From Amphiscolops sp. MND2022 (taxonomy: Eukaryota): a DNA stretch of 64,000 nucleotides. Within the stretch, counting starts at the first letter, position 1, and each line of letters begins with the position of its first letter. Shown piece by piece: positions 24,700 to 37,079 of the stretch. A program made the translations under genes and the position numbers. Under the pieces are notes generated by a model. That model made no database searches. It was not told the DNA's origin and saw only the letters and a list, made by a program, of their open reading frames with translations. The DNA is taken from the NCBI GenBank assembly GCA_964187785.1, contig OZ076411.1, positions 62,062,001 to 62,126,000 of the forward strand, given 5' to 3'.

Positions 24700-26865
24700 C
24701 TGCCAAAAACATTGACATTCATTCCCTCAAAAATCTACATTTCACTGCGTCACTTCGATGGTATAATTTTTGGTACAGTTTAAACCTCGGATATGAGATA
24801 GATACCGGATTCCATATTCGTGGCAAAATTGTCTGGTAAATAAAAATAGCAAATTACAGAAGTCGTTTAATAACTGCGCTCCTGTTGCTAGAAGGTCAAT
24901 CTCAAATCCTTTCCATTCAAACTAAATTTCAAGTAATGACATGCATATTTTTCAGGTATACTTTTATTAATTAAATGTTATCCAAGGTAAAAGACAACAC
25001 CCAATGGCCGAGAAAAAGCACAGAATAACAATACCTCTAGTAATGAGTCTAAGCCTTACAGTGAGTAAATTTCTAACGAGGCTAAATATAAAATTGAATT
25101 TAGGAGCAATATATAAATGGACAATACTGGGCCATAAATACACCACCAATGCAGGATCAAAATTACACCAACAGTGAAAAAACAGCGTTAACTTTTAACA
25201 TTGCCCTAAATGCTAAAACGAAGACCAGAATCATGTTATGAATTACCTACACGTTTAACCCCCGGAAGCAAAAAACTCACTAATTAGAAACTATCTAACT
25301 CACTAACTACTTGGATATCATTAAAGAGAGGCGGTATTTGAATCCTCCTCGAATTTTGACTAAAAATAAAATTTCAAAGCAAGTTGCGATATTCGGCAGA
25401 ATGATTTTTCCCAGGAAAAAAGGAGTGACACAAAGCCATTGGATTCACTTCAAATACAGACCAAGTACTGCTTAAGAGTGGGAAAAGAAGAATCAAGTAA
25501 GACAAATATGACGAAAGGGTAGATGACATTTTTGAAACGCATGCTACCGATTCTAACTCACAATTAACAAGTGCTATTTCATTTGATCAAGTTCAATGAC
25601 TGAATTGTAATTGAAACAAGTTAATTTAAAAGAGACCTCAACAACCAAAAACTAAATTAAGTGAGTAATTTTGTGAACGATGAACTGTTCATTTTATAAT
25701 ACTTGAAAATGAGCAAACATTTCATATAACGTAACTTATTTTAAATACCCAATTAGGACATCAATCGAAAAGTTAGTAGGATTAAAAAACAGGCCGCGAA
25801 ATAATTCGCACTCGAAATTAATTAGCAAAGATTGGAAAACGAGTTCGCGTTTGATAGATATCAGAGTCCAACGATAGAAAGGATAATCTAGAATGCTTTC
25901 ATTCGCTAAACTAGTCACAATCTCTTGGAAAGAAAGCAATTCCTAATAAATTTTGTCGAATATCAGGCATAGTTGACCAAACCATGGTTTTAGTGAATTG
26001 AACAGTTTCCCGTTCAAGCGGAAAAAACGTGTTTCCTCCGTGAAATTATTTCAAATTTTCCAAAATGCATATTTAAAACGATTACTTAGTTTGTCGTGTA
26101 TGATTATAGTTGCATTATTTGAGATAAAGAAGTTACAGAAATTATTCAGAATCGAAATGCAGCATGATTTTTTTGAGATCGAAAAGAGCTACATGTAGTG
26201 CACCAAATTCATTAGCGAAGCAGAGCGACGAGTCACCACTAGGCCAGTGATACTGCCAATTTTATATCTGAAATTTACTTCCGATTCTGAGTAAATTCAA
26301 TTTGAGACAGACAAGCCTAGTTTGTAGAGAATATCAATAATATTGACAACAGTGATGATCATTTGTATAAAATTATATAAATTAATATCTTATTTCATCG
26401 TTGTTTTGCGAATAAGTTTTGAGAAAAAATATGATTTCGAATAATAGAAATTATAGAATCATTGAATTAACTTTTAAATTAAATTAATCATTTAAATTAA
26501 ATGATTAATTTAAAAGTTAATTCAATGATTCTATAATTTCTATTATTCGAAATCATTCCTTGAGCGCGTGAGTTCCGAACGTTTCCTGATATAAAATTGG
26601 CAGCAGGTTTGCTGAAACCCCAGTGAAGTTGTAGAAATTTGGTTACTGTTGAAGAAACGAAGAAAGGAGCATTATATAGAACACCAAAGAGCATTATTTC
26701 TATGAAAAAAAAACGTTTGATTTGTAGAGGAATTGGTTCAACAGAGTATTGTGAGATAATTTAAATTATTTCATCGTTGTTTTGCGAATAAGTTTTGAGA
26801 AAAAATATTTTTTGAAATGAAAATGATCATCACAAATTGATGATAATACAGAAGGGTTCTCTAAC

Positions 26866-27069
26866 ATCTAGAATGTCTTGGTTGGTTTTTGATTCATGGG
26901 GCTCCTCACACGCCGTGTATTTCAGCAGAATCGTATCCATGTCACTGCTCGCATATTGGAAGAGACGGTTGCTTGTGTTGAAGATGACCAGCGCGATCTC
27001 GCAGTCACACAGGATGCTCAACTCGTACGCCTTTTTCATGAGACCCCACTTACGTTTGGTGAATGTCAC
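26866..27069 (-). CDS. Mef2: MEF2 coding exon 2 (MADS + MEF2 domain)
   Basis: [68 protein letters not shown]. Acceptor tttcag, donor GTTAGA. The 204-nt length equals the conserved MEF2 exon. Confidence 0.97.
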
Positions 27070-29176
27070 CTGAAACACACACAAAAATTACACTACTCAA
27101 CCACAAACTGTCCCTCAAACTGTTCACAATGTCAAACTACTCGATAGGAAAAAAAAACAAATGTGAAAACACTTCCCTTATGCAAACAAGACCAGACATT
27201 TAACTTCCTCATAGGAAGTTTTTATAAAAATTTCACGGATTTCCGGTACTGCTTGGAATTTTTCTTTCAGACTCAGACGCGAAGAAAAGCAAAGAAAGAT
27301 GCGAAAAATCAAAAGCATCACAATATGGCGGTCCAGTTAAAGTTGGTGCTCATTATAACATTGACAGCGTTGAACATGATTTCAAAACAAGTGGCCCATC
27401 GGAATGAGAACAATTCATGTCTAAATCAAAAAGCATAAAACTCATAAACCGTCGTCGAACTAGAAAAATTTTATTGGGAAAAAAGCGAACAATTGAAAGC
27501 TTAGGTTGCAGAGAATTTGCTGCAAAAAGGAGGAACCTTATTGTGAAAACAACTATTTGCTAAGATGGAGTTTTTATTGATTGTACACGTCCAAGTTACC
27601 AATACCAAGAAGTTTTTAATCGACAAGTACTATAAATTTTCTGCACATGAAAGCGCGGCACTGTTCACAGAAGCACTGGATCTCGTTCATATTTCATGAA
27701 AATTTTTATAGCCCTCCCTTTTGCACATGCGAAAGGCTTTGTACATCTTCGCGATCCTCCTCCGCAGTGAAACTGCTACAATGTGGCGACACGGAGCTTT
27801 CTCAGCGTACAGTGAGTGCTTTCGAGTATTTGGTACGACACTATTATAGCAATCAAACATTAATTGGATGTGCAAAAAAAAGAGGAAGCTGTAAATGAAC
27901 ATTGATTTAAAAACTACAAGAGCAATTCAGAATCCTCGATTGTTGTTGCTAGCTGAGGGAAAAACTGATCACGAATTTTTCAAACGTATCTGCAACTAAT
28001 CCACAAATAACCCTCAGAGAATTTCCTCATTGAATATCTTTTGTGATATTCAATTTGATTCTGAAGAAAAAACGAGACAAAAACACATATTGGAGCACAA
28101 GTTGAATCTAACTAGATTCGATTCTATATATTTCTAGTTGTTTTTCTTGTAATTATAAGTTATTTCTAGTTAACACGCGGGAATTCAGCGTTAAATTCCT
28201 ACAACAGTGATATTACAGAAGCAACATAGCACTCAAAAAAAGCAAACAAGTAGCTTTCATTGGCAATTAAGTCTCGCGCTCATTTTTTTCACGAAACTTC
28301 TGAGCAATAGTAGGCAAAAAGTTTGAAAATTTTGAATTAATTTTAGTTAGAAATGGTCATTTGTAGCACCGGACCCAACAACAATACGTCTTATTCCCCA
28401 AAACAGCCACAGGGATTGGGGGAAATTCGACACAAGATGTACTTGTGGGGGTGGTTGAATCAGATACATGGTCCGTAACTTCTACAATTTTCATCGCATA
28501 ATTTTGAAACATTTGTAAACAAAATAAAAACCTAAGAAACGTTTGCTTCTGCCATTCAAAATTCACGGCCGTTTCTGAGATACTCGATTTTGATATTCGC
28601 CTTATGTTGCTTCTAGAATTACCATTGTAGATTGGGCACATAAGTTCGAACACAAATTGAGTTCAACATCAGTTAAAAGTAGTGAACTTATTCCACGATC
28701 GAAAAAAGGGGCCGAATTGATGAAGTTCAGTTGACAATAAAAGGAATTTCGACGAAAGATGTCTGTTAATTACGCATGACTGGTTAATTTAGCCAGTCAT
28801 GTTTAGATTAACATGTGCTTAAAAAACATTCCAAACTCATCAAATAGCTCGCAATATGACGGCGACCTAAGCCTTCACAGAAACCAAGACTTTATTAAAA
28901 ACCATGAAACAAATCTTTATACAGCAGCTTGAATTCGTGAAACAATGCAAGGGTTTATCCAAAACTTCAGAAGTTCCATTCAAAACAGATTACAGGTTTC
29001 TCAGAACACTTTGTTTCCGATAACAAAAACACCACATTTTTTGGTTATTGATCCAAGGAATATAATTTGCATGGTGGCTATTTGCAAAGGTTCAGCACAT
29101 AGTTGAACTTTGCATTTTGAAAAATTTCAATGTGATGAACTAATCAGTGATAGTGATAAAGGAGTGACAACTTTAC

Positions 29177-29230
29177 CTGTCTATTCCTCTCATCGAGGAT
29201 GCGGCTGATTGCTATTTTCTTGCGCCCCAT
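29177..29230 (-). CDS. Mef2: MEF2 coding exon 1 (start of MADS box)
   Basis: Reverse complement reads ATG GGG CGC AAG ... AGA CAG = MGRKKIAISRILDERNRQ, followed by donor GTAAAG. The 54-nt, phase-0 exon matches the conserved first coding exon of animal MEF2 genes. It is missing from the ORF track because it is short. Confidence 0.95.
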
Positions 29231-31289
29231 GACATGAGAGTGTACAAAGTTACACAACAGACAGAGAACAACGAGAGGAGTAAACTACAGTAGAGGAGCA
29301 ACAGAAACAGCAGCGACTGTAGTAGGTAAGACAGCAACAGCAGCAGTATGTCTTGTTGTTCCTAGAGTTGTTGCTTCTCCGTGACACAATCAGACAGACC
29401 ACGACGATACCAGGGAGAAGGAGCCTTTCTTTTTCTCTCTCTCTCTTCTCAGTTTGCGAATCTGCTCCTATAGCAACACTACAAGAGAGCACAACACACT
29501 CTACTGTTCTTCAGATGACACCATCAACAAGCACGCTTCTTATTCCACTTGGGTCCTCTAGATCTCCCAAACAACGCAACGCGCAATTCATAAACGCAAC
29601 TGAAACATCATTGCAAGGAGATTGGATTAGTTTCAGTCAATTTCGTCAACCATTCAAAGTATAGACGAGGAAAGGCTGAATGGAGGTAGTACAAACAACA
29701 ATAGTAATAGAAGAGTGGTAGTAATAATATCAATTTGCGCAACAGATTAGAGTACGATACTTTGCAAACGAGCAGAACGGCTGGAAAGAGAAACAAAAAA
29801 TGTTCATTCTGTTGACAGTGATGATAGAACACAAAGCTAATTGTTGCGTAAACGCCATTGGTCCATATTTAAGTCAAGTTCTTCAAGGTTCGTTTAAAAA
29901 AGATGAAAAATGTTAATAAAAAAGACACACTTAGTTTATTTTTAAGCCACTACTAGCGCGGCAGAAAATAAATTCAATTTCGGATATCAAACAATCAAAA
30001 TGATGCTAATATTAGCACAAGTATTAAGAGTGAGAATTGATCAACAATGACGAATTTTAATAACTTTTAATTATTCATAGTAGCGCACGATAGATCGAGG
30101 TCGAAAAATCAATTGCGTAGGATCGTAGATTGCTGTTCATTATTGGATGAAAATAGCATTTTTGGAGCTTCCGATATCCAATTAGAATGATTCCAATTCT
30201 AAGAAAAGCCTAATTCAATTTAAAAAGTTACAAAAACACAAAAGTTAAGATTGATGGAACGATACTCATCATTGACAGCTAAAATCCAGCAAAAGGAAAC
30301 GCTTTCAAGGATTCGCAATAGAGAAACTACAAATGACGCACGATTATAATTACAGCTTTCTCAATAAGAGAAGCTAGAAAGTATTTACAAGGCCGCTCTT
30401 TAAATACCATATCCACCTGTTCAAGTTTTTGAGGAAAATGAAGCAAGTGAATTGAGCTCGCATGAAGTTTACTCACAATGGAAAGGCAAAACTGCTGCCG
30501 TAGGTGTCCAACCTTCTTCCGAATTTAAAAACATCACATTTGATTTTTTTTATCTTGAATTCGGATTGTTGAACAGACCAAAAAAGTGAAGTTGAATTAT
30601 TTTTAGTTTATACCCAATCACATAATTCCATGTTTTTTTTTCAGGAGCGAATACTTTTCAGGAGAAACAATCCGCAAAGCTCCAACTCCAAAATAAGTAA
30701 GTATATGGATACGGGATACAGTTTCATAAGCGCTCCATTTGTTCACATCTTAATTATTGGAAGCTTTCGTTCTTAATTTATATGCTCTGTAACATTACCG
30801 TGAATGTGAGATACTCGGCTGTCTCTGTTCTTTAGTATATCCGTAATTAATTATTGACTTGAGAACAATTTGGAGTTTTAGCCACAGTTTAGACAAAATC
30901 TTGAAATTTTTTGAAAAAAAGATTTTTCCAAAACTCCCTTTTTGGCAAAAGCCAATTTCCTCAAACCTCCTTGACGCATATAAAACGGCAACCCTATACC
31001 CTTACACAACAAGGCTTTGTTCAACAAAACCACAATTTGTTGTTACTACAATCTGCCGAACCGGCTGTACAGGAAAAACAAATTCTAAAAGGGCGCGCGG
31101 CGACAGACTGTTCAAACCAAAATGAAAGCTATGAATATTAGAACTTACGGTTCCACTATAGTTAGTTTTTTGGTATTCTTGAGAAAAAAGACGTGAAAAT
31201 AGCATTTGACCGACGATTGGGTTGTTTTGTAAAATAGTTTCTCTCTGTATTTCCTCACTTGATTTTTCGGTATTGATCTCATTCGAAAC

Positions 31290-32660
31290 TTGGAACTTGG
31301 GACAAAATCCTGTTTTCAAAGAGGGAAAAAAGTCATCAATTGATTGCTACAGGCCAGTAAGTCTTCTCTGCTCAACATCTAAAGTTCTCGAAAAATGAAT
31401 GTTTGATACATTCTACAGCAAAGGCGAACACTTCACATGAAAATCAACATGGATTTCGTCGGAAACAATCCGCAGTCCTGCAATTGTTGGCATTGTTGAA
31501 CGAAGTGTACGAATACTACGACGACATCACAGCGAGAGATTTGACAGTCTTGTATTTAGACTTTGAGGAAGCCTTTGACAAGGTGCCTCATGGTCCTTTG
31601 ATCTCGTAATTATCAAAAAGTGGGATCACTGGCAAAGTTCTGTCCTTGGTTTCGAGCTACCTAACAAGTACGACTCAGATTGCCAAAATTAATAAATCAT
31701 TCTCGTCTCCAAAATTGGTGACCAGTGGAGTGCCAAAAGGTTCCACCTTGTTTTATATCCTGTTCATCAATGTCCTCTATGATTATCTAAGAGGATGTCT
31801 AAACTACGGATACTGCGATGAAATGAAAATACTTTCCCACAGCGCTGAATTACTTCAGAAGGACAATAATTCATTGGAAGTTTTGTGCGAAGAAAACAAT
31901 GGTTTTAAACTCAAAAAGGTGCAAAATTTTGAACCTCAGAGGGAAACAATTGCTGTTCTTAAACGGAATTGAAAGAGACGTCTTGCCAAAAGGATCTGGG
32001 AATAATGATTTCTGACGCAGTGTTATGGACGCCTAACTGAGAATAGAGTACAGAAGGCATTAAAAGCATTCCATACAATCAAGCGAAGCATCTCGAACTA
32101 CTGTGATCAGAGAACTAAACTGGACATATATTGCAGTTACATAGTCCCCATTTTATGATACTCATCTTCAGCGTGGTATGCCAGCAACAGTGATATGAGG
32201 AATTGAAAAAAAATCAAAAGAAAGCTGCCTCTTGGACTACTGGAAACTGTCAAATTGAATACTACCAGAAATGGAGATTACTGAAACTATTGTCTCTGTC
32301 TATATACTCCAGGCATCCTACTCTTTCACTCGCTTTTCTCGAATCGATTTGATTTTCAGACCAATGATAATGTAAATAAAATCAAAAGAACGAGAACCAG
32401 ACAGGAATATAGAGGTATTTTTCTGGTGAAAGAATGCAGACTGAAAACAAGGGAAATTTTCTGGCACAGAGCAGTTTGTCTATATAACCTATTCAGCAAA
32501 AAAAGTGAATATTGAATAACCAACAGATAAATCACTGAAAATCAAACTCAACACTTTACTGGGACTTCTTAGATCATCACTACAACGAAATTAACTACTG
32601 TACTTGAGAATTCTTTGTTTCTGTGGAAACTGTAACCCAGAAGCGAAACTCACGGAACTC
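31290..32660 (+). mobile_element. 5'-truncated, decayed CR1/L2-like LINE (RT domain and 3' end)
   Basis: YRPVSLL, NQHGFR, YLDFEEAFDKVPH, SGVPKGS and a degenerate YCDE(=YADD) motif, over several frames with stops. The C-terminal C-x-C-x-x-C-like tail is near 32615-32640. Boundaries approximate. Confidence 0.85.
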
Positions 32661-33443
32661 TAGTATATGAGGGGATATACATCCCTTGGGTCAAACATCT
32701 AAATTCTGTTCTATTGCAACTATATGTTATCGACCCCCTAGATCGATTGAACATAAAATTTCTCCAAAATTTTGAGTAAAGGTAGACGAAAAGAAAGAAA
32801 AACCTCAACTTTGAACTAAACTTGGCTGAAAATTGCCTATAGTAGCTTCTACAATTTTCATCGCACATTTTTCAAGTAAACAGATTTGTAAACTAGATGA
32901 AAAGAAGCGTTTACTTTCAGCATTTTCCAAAAATAACCGCCGTTTTCGAGATTCTCCTAATGTTGCTTTTTCTAGAATCACTAAAAGTTCAAGTTTCGGG
33001 ATAGAAAAAACTGAATTTCACGGCAATTTGATTTTTTTTGTGCAATTGATTCAATACATGATTGCGAAAGTTTGGATTTACCAGCAACTTTCAATGATTG
33101 CAAGTAAAACTTCAATGAAAACCTTCCGATACACTCACAGTATCCTTTTGGAACTTTTCGGAAGTAGAGACAAAAGGGGGAGTTCGGCTAAATTGTTTTA
33201 ACAAACGTTTGAGACTACTTGTTTTTCTAATAGGTATCTGAAAGCTAGAGCGGTTGAAGAGATTTCGGAGTGCATGAATACTGCAAATGAAAATTTCTAG
33301 AACCATAGCGGGTGTGAGCCCTCAGAGTAACGAAATGAGAATTTATTTCTTCAGAGCTCGAAAAAGAGCACACAGATAAAAGATATATATATCTGCAAAC
33401 GCTAAAGCGACCCTGCTAGATTGCAGGATGAATGTTCCAATTG

Positions 33444-33875
33444 CAAGGGTTGGAAAACAATAATTGTCAATTTAATTATTGCAATTTAAATTGCTTCGTT
33501 TTTTCAAAGTACAATTATTGATTGAGGATTTGCACAATTATTGTCGCCGAGAAACTCTGACTCATTTACTCATTCACTGTTAAACTATTAGCGGAAACCG
33601 GAGGAAGTTACATCATGCGGCTGGCACGAAGATTGGTAAACATTTTGAACGACTATAGGAAAAAACTAAACCCAATGCATTTCGAAAGTCAACTGTTTCT
33701 AATGATGAACTTTGAGTCGAAATTTACATTTCATTGCATAGTACAGTTTTCAACAGTAATCGTAGGTGTTTTTACAATATATTGCAATTATTGCAATAAT
33801 TGATTGTAAGAAGTGTGAAACAATAATTGATTGACATGTCACAATTAAATTGTAATTCAATTTTTCCAACCCCTA
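33444..33875. mobile_element. 432-bp hAT-type MITE
   Basis: Perfect 8-bp TSD TCCAATTG (33436-33443, 33876-33883). TIR CAAGGGTTGGAAAA / TTTTCCAACCCCTA. Internal AATTG/CAATT-rich repeats. Confidence 0.85.
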
Positions 33876-34585
33876 TCCAATTGTGAGTGTCTTTGGTACG
33901 CAGATGATGACAAAGTAAGGGTCTTTTACGCAGCCTACTTGTTGTGACAAACTTATTATTAAAAAAATATTAATAAAATGTTTGAGGAAGAGGACTGAAT
34001 CAGTTATCAACGCCTGCAGCTTAGTTGGTTAAGGCTTGTTTTTTACACCACTCTTAGATTACACAGATTGTAGTAATTGCCTAGGTACCGTGTCAAAAAG
34101 TAGGGGGAGAAGACACACACCCGTGATCTGCAGACAAATGGAAAGGAAATGAACGATAAAGCACTGCTACAACTACTGATTACAGCCACTATCCCAGTAG
34201 ACCGACAAAACCAAAACAACAAAAAACTACAGCCCACGCTGAAGTGAAGACTTGGCAATGGATATCATTGGAGCTAGTTCCTTTAGATCAGCTATCGAAT
34301 CTGACGAAAACTATCGAAAAGACTTTCAAGGTCTCTGGTACTACTGTTAGTTTCCTCCAACCAAAGGCGCCCTTTAAAACTTTTTCCCACTATCAGATAT
34401 CATGGATCTTCGTCATCTATGTGCCATGTGTGTCATGTTGGGGGAGAAGACACACACCCGTGGTCTGCAACGAAAGGAAAACCCTTACCAGCGACTATAC
34501 CAGTAACAACAAAAACAACCAACAAACTATTCATCAGAATTGGATCGTCATCATTGAGGAAGAACTCTGGAAAATTGCACAGAAA

Positions 34586-34699
34586 ATGGATTTTGTCTGC
34601 CGCCCGGGCTGTGGGCACATGATGAATGAAGCGTTTTTTTTAAAAAAACGCTTCTTCATTCATCATGTGCCCACAGCCCGGGCGGCAGACAAAATCCAT
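34586..34699. repeat. 114-bp GC-rich near-perfect palindrome
   Basis: ATGGATTTTGTCTGCCGCCCGGGCTGTGGGCACATGATGAATGAA pairs with its exact reverse complement. The centre is GCGTTTTTTTT/AAAAAAACGC, with a 3-nt bulge on the right arm. Confidence 0.92.
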
Positions 34700-34928
34700 C
34701 CAATATAGAAAACAAATAAAAAAATCAAGAAACAAGATCAAGTAAACGAGTTCAATGGATCCAGGACAAATCTCAATTCAGAAACTCAGTGAGGCCCGTG
34801 AAAACTTACCGATTACAAAGCAAAGAAGACATATATTTCTTGCTGGAACAAAGACGATAAACGCATATTTACAAGTACTACAAGTAGTGAAGTTTGCTTA
34901 ATTGGTCTTCGTCCCGAACCATTCCAAC

Positions 34929-35374
34929 CAGGAATTGCCATTTCAAAAGCAATTAATTAATGCGACTTTCAGGCATGCAATTTCAATTAGCAACTATCAA
35001 AAACACTGAGGGCAATTAGCAATTAGTGCGAATTTTGTGCAACTTTCCAGAGTTCTTCCTCAAATAATGCGATTTTGGCTATCACCTTGAATTACAACGA
35101 AAATATTTAAAGTTATATAGTTAATTTTAAATTAAATCGAATTTGAATTTTGAACTAACCGTTCAATTTTCTATTTTTGAAACAAATTTAATTCAGATCC
35201 AAATCTTTTCACCATGCAGCTTTTTTTACTAGATTTATTGTCAAGTTCTGATATTGTGATAGATACTAAAAGGCAATTGCAATTATTAACAAAAAATTGT
35301 GCAAATGCAATTAGCAATTATTTCTTGCTCATGCAATTCCATTCATCGCATTTTGCAATAAATTGCTATTCCTG
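34929..35374. mobile_element. 446-bp hAT-type MITE
   Basis: TIR CAGGAATTGC / GCTATTCCTG. 8-bp TSD ATTCCAAC vs GTTCCAAC (one mismatch). Internal GCAATT repeats. Confidence 0.75.
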
Positions 35375-35510
35375 GTTCCAACTACACTGCCGCATCGCCT
35401 GCCTGGATTGCGACAGTGAGTGGGCGGAAGTAGGTCGAAGGAACGGGATCGAAAATCAGAGTTAGTCCTCGTCGACATACCAAATTTTTGAATGGGATCG
35501 AAACGGCGGG

Positions 35511-36315
35511 CGGGAATAACGTCTAAATTGAAAACGGGAATAACGTCTAAATTTAAATCATTTTTCGGGAATAACGTCTAAAGTTTTAGACGTTATTCCC
35601 GTTTTTTTAGACGTTATTCCCGTTTTTTAGACGTTATTCCTGACATCTGACATCTAAAAAATAATTAAATTTTTTTTCGTAATTTCTGACATCAAAAAAA
35701 TAAATTTCTGAATATTTTCACAACAAATGGCCGGCACAAAAATGGGTCCTGGCAAGTGTATCATTGTCTACGGTACCCTTAATTCGAACAACAACAATTC
35801 ATAGTTATATAATGTGGGGGCGTATTCGGTGTATGCACGCTCGCCCTCGCAAAGACCAGCTCCCACTACGATCGCTTCGCGATCTCCGTTCCCGCTAGGT
35901 CTTTGCTCCTGTTCGACCTCGCTTAGCAAGATGGGAACATGAGCGGCCCCAAGGGGCCGCAGGGCACTAGAGGAAATGGGGACATATCCGAGACATGTTT
36001 TATATTTTGAATCACTTCAAAGCATCAGATTTTTTTCAATTTCATCAGACCTGAACTTTTTCTATTTTAGACGTTATTCCCGTTTTTCGGACGCATTTTG
36101 ACAATTTTTCTGTCTTTTAGTCGTTTTTCTGTAATTAAGACGTTATTCCCGTTTTCAGGTTTAGACGTTATTCCTCTTTTTGGACGTTATTCCTCTGTTT
36201 AGACGTTATTCCCGTTTTTTTAGACGTTATTCCCTAATTTTTCAGTTTAGATGTTATTCCTTTAGACGTTATTCCCGGTGGACCTTTAGACGTTATTCCT
36301 TAGACGTTATTCCCT
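35511..36315. repeat. Array of ~16 TAGACGTTATTCC motifs in both orientations (fold-back/minisatellite)
   Basis: Three GGAATAACGTCTAA copies (35511-35582) are followed by three inverted copies (35586-35641) and about ten more at 36068-36315 with variable short spacers. Related motifs occur at 11985-12095. Confidence 0.85.
35815..35992 (+). mobile_element. ~180-bp dispersed repeat, copy 1 (hairpin + GGGCACTAG end; Helitron/Helentron-like non-autonomous element)
   Basis: Homologous to 36720-36904 and 39554-39735. Perfect hairpin GCGGCCCC-AA-GGGGCCGC (35943-35960), then AGGGCACTAG. Nested inside the TAGACGTTATTCC array. Confidence 0.65.
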
Positions 36316-36719
36316 CCACTAGATCGAAACAACTCGGATCGAAATTTTTATAACGTAGTCAGATATGTTCACATACCCCTAGTGCCCTGAATGCAGGAGC
36401 GAAGCCAAGCGGAGCGACGTGCCATATGGCCATGCCTCAATGTTGCTACTTGGCGAAGGGAGCGAAGCGACCGAGCAATACAACAAATACGATAAAATTC
36501 GACCGTATTCCATTCGATCCCTGCAATTCGATCAAAAGGTTCGACCTCTGTCCTCTCGACCAGAAAAATTCGAACTGTTTACAGCCACCCTGCGACAGTC
36601 TCAGCCTGGAAACGGATTCCGGACGTTTCGGCAAAAACATGGCGGGGGACGTTTCGGCAAAAAAATAAGCCGAAACGTCTCAGGCTAAAAACACTGGCAG
36701 AATCGTTTCGTATGATATG

Positions 36720-36904
36720 TGGGGCATATCCGATGTATGCACGCTCGCCCTCACCGTCGCAAACACCAGCTCCCACTACGATCGCTTCGCGATCTCCCCG
36801 TTCCCGCTAGGTCTTTGCTCCTGTTCGAGCTCGCTTAGCAAGATGGGAATATAAGCGGCCCCATGGGGCCACGGGGCACTAGAGGAAATGGGGATATATC
36901 CGAG
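36720..36904 (+). mobile_element. ~180-bp dispersed repeat, copy 2
   Basis: Same sequence as 35815-35992, with hairpin GCGGCCCC-AT-GGGGCCAC and GGGCACTAG. Confidence 0.65.
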
Positions 36905-37079
36905 GCACGTTTTATGCTTTCCATCATTCCTACAATAATGGTCTTATCGTTTTTCTTCAATTCCAGAATTCAACAAACTGGTATTCTACAAACTGGACCT
37001 AACCATATTGTAGAAAACCGCAAACGAAACCAAGATACTACGGGATTAAACAAACGTACTGAAACGATTTATATTCCTC

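Noticed and set aside
26270-26815. Functional element in the MEF2 intron (41-bp direct repeat at ~26392 and ~26769)
   Set aside because: Looks like an ordinary old ~377-bp local duplication in AT-rich intron, with no further structure.
29250-29832. ORFs upstream of the MEF2 start
   Set aside because: Low-complexity CAG/CAA/CT-rich 5' UTR/promoter sequence; the translations are compositional artefacts.
35511-36315. CRISPR-like array (repeated TAGACGTTATTCC)
   Set aside because: The repeat is only 13 bp, spacers are 1-55 bp and low-complexity, orientation flips, there are no cas genes, and the context is eukaryotic.
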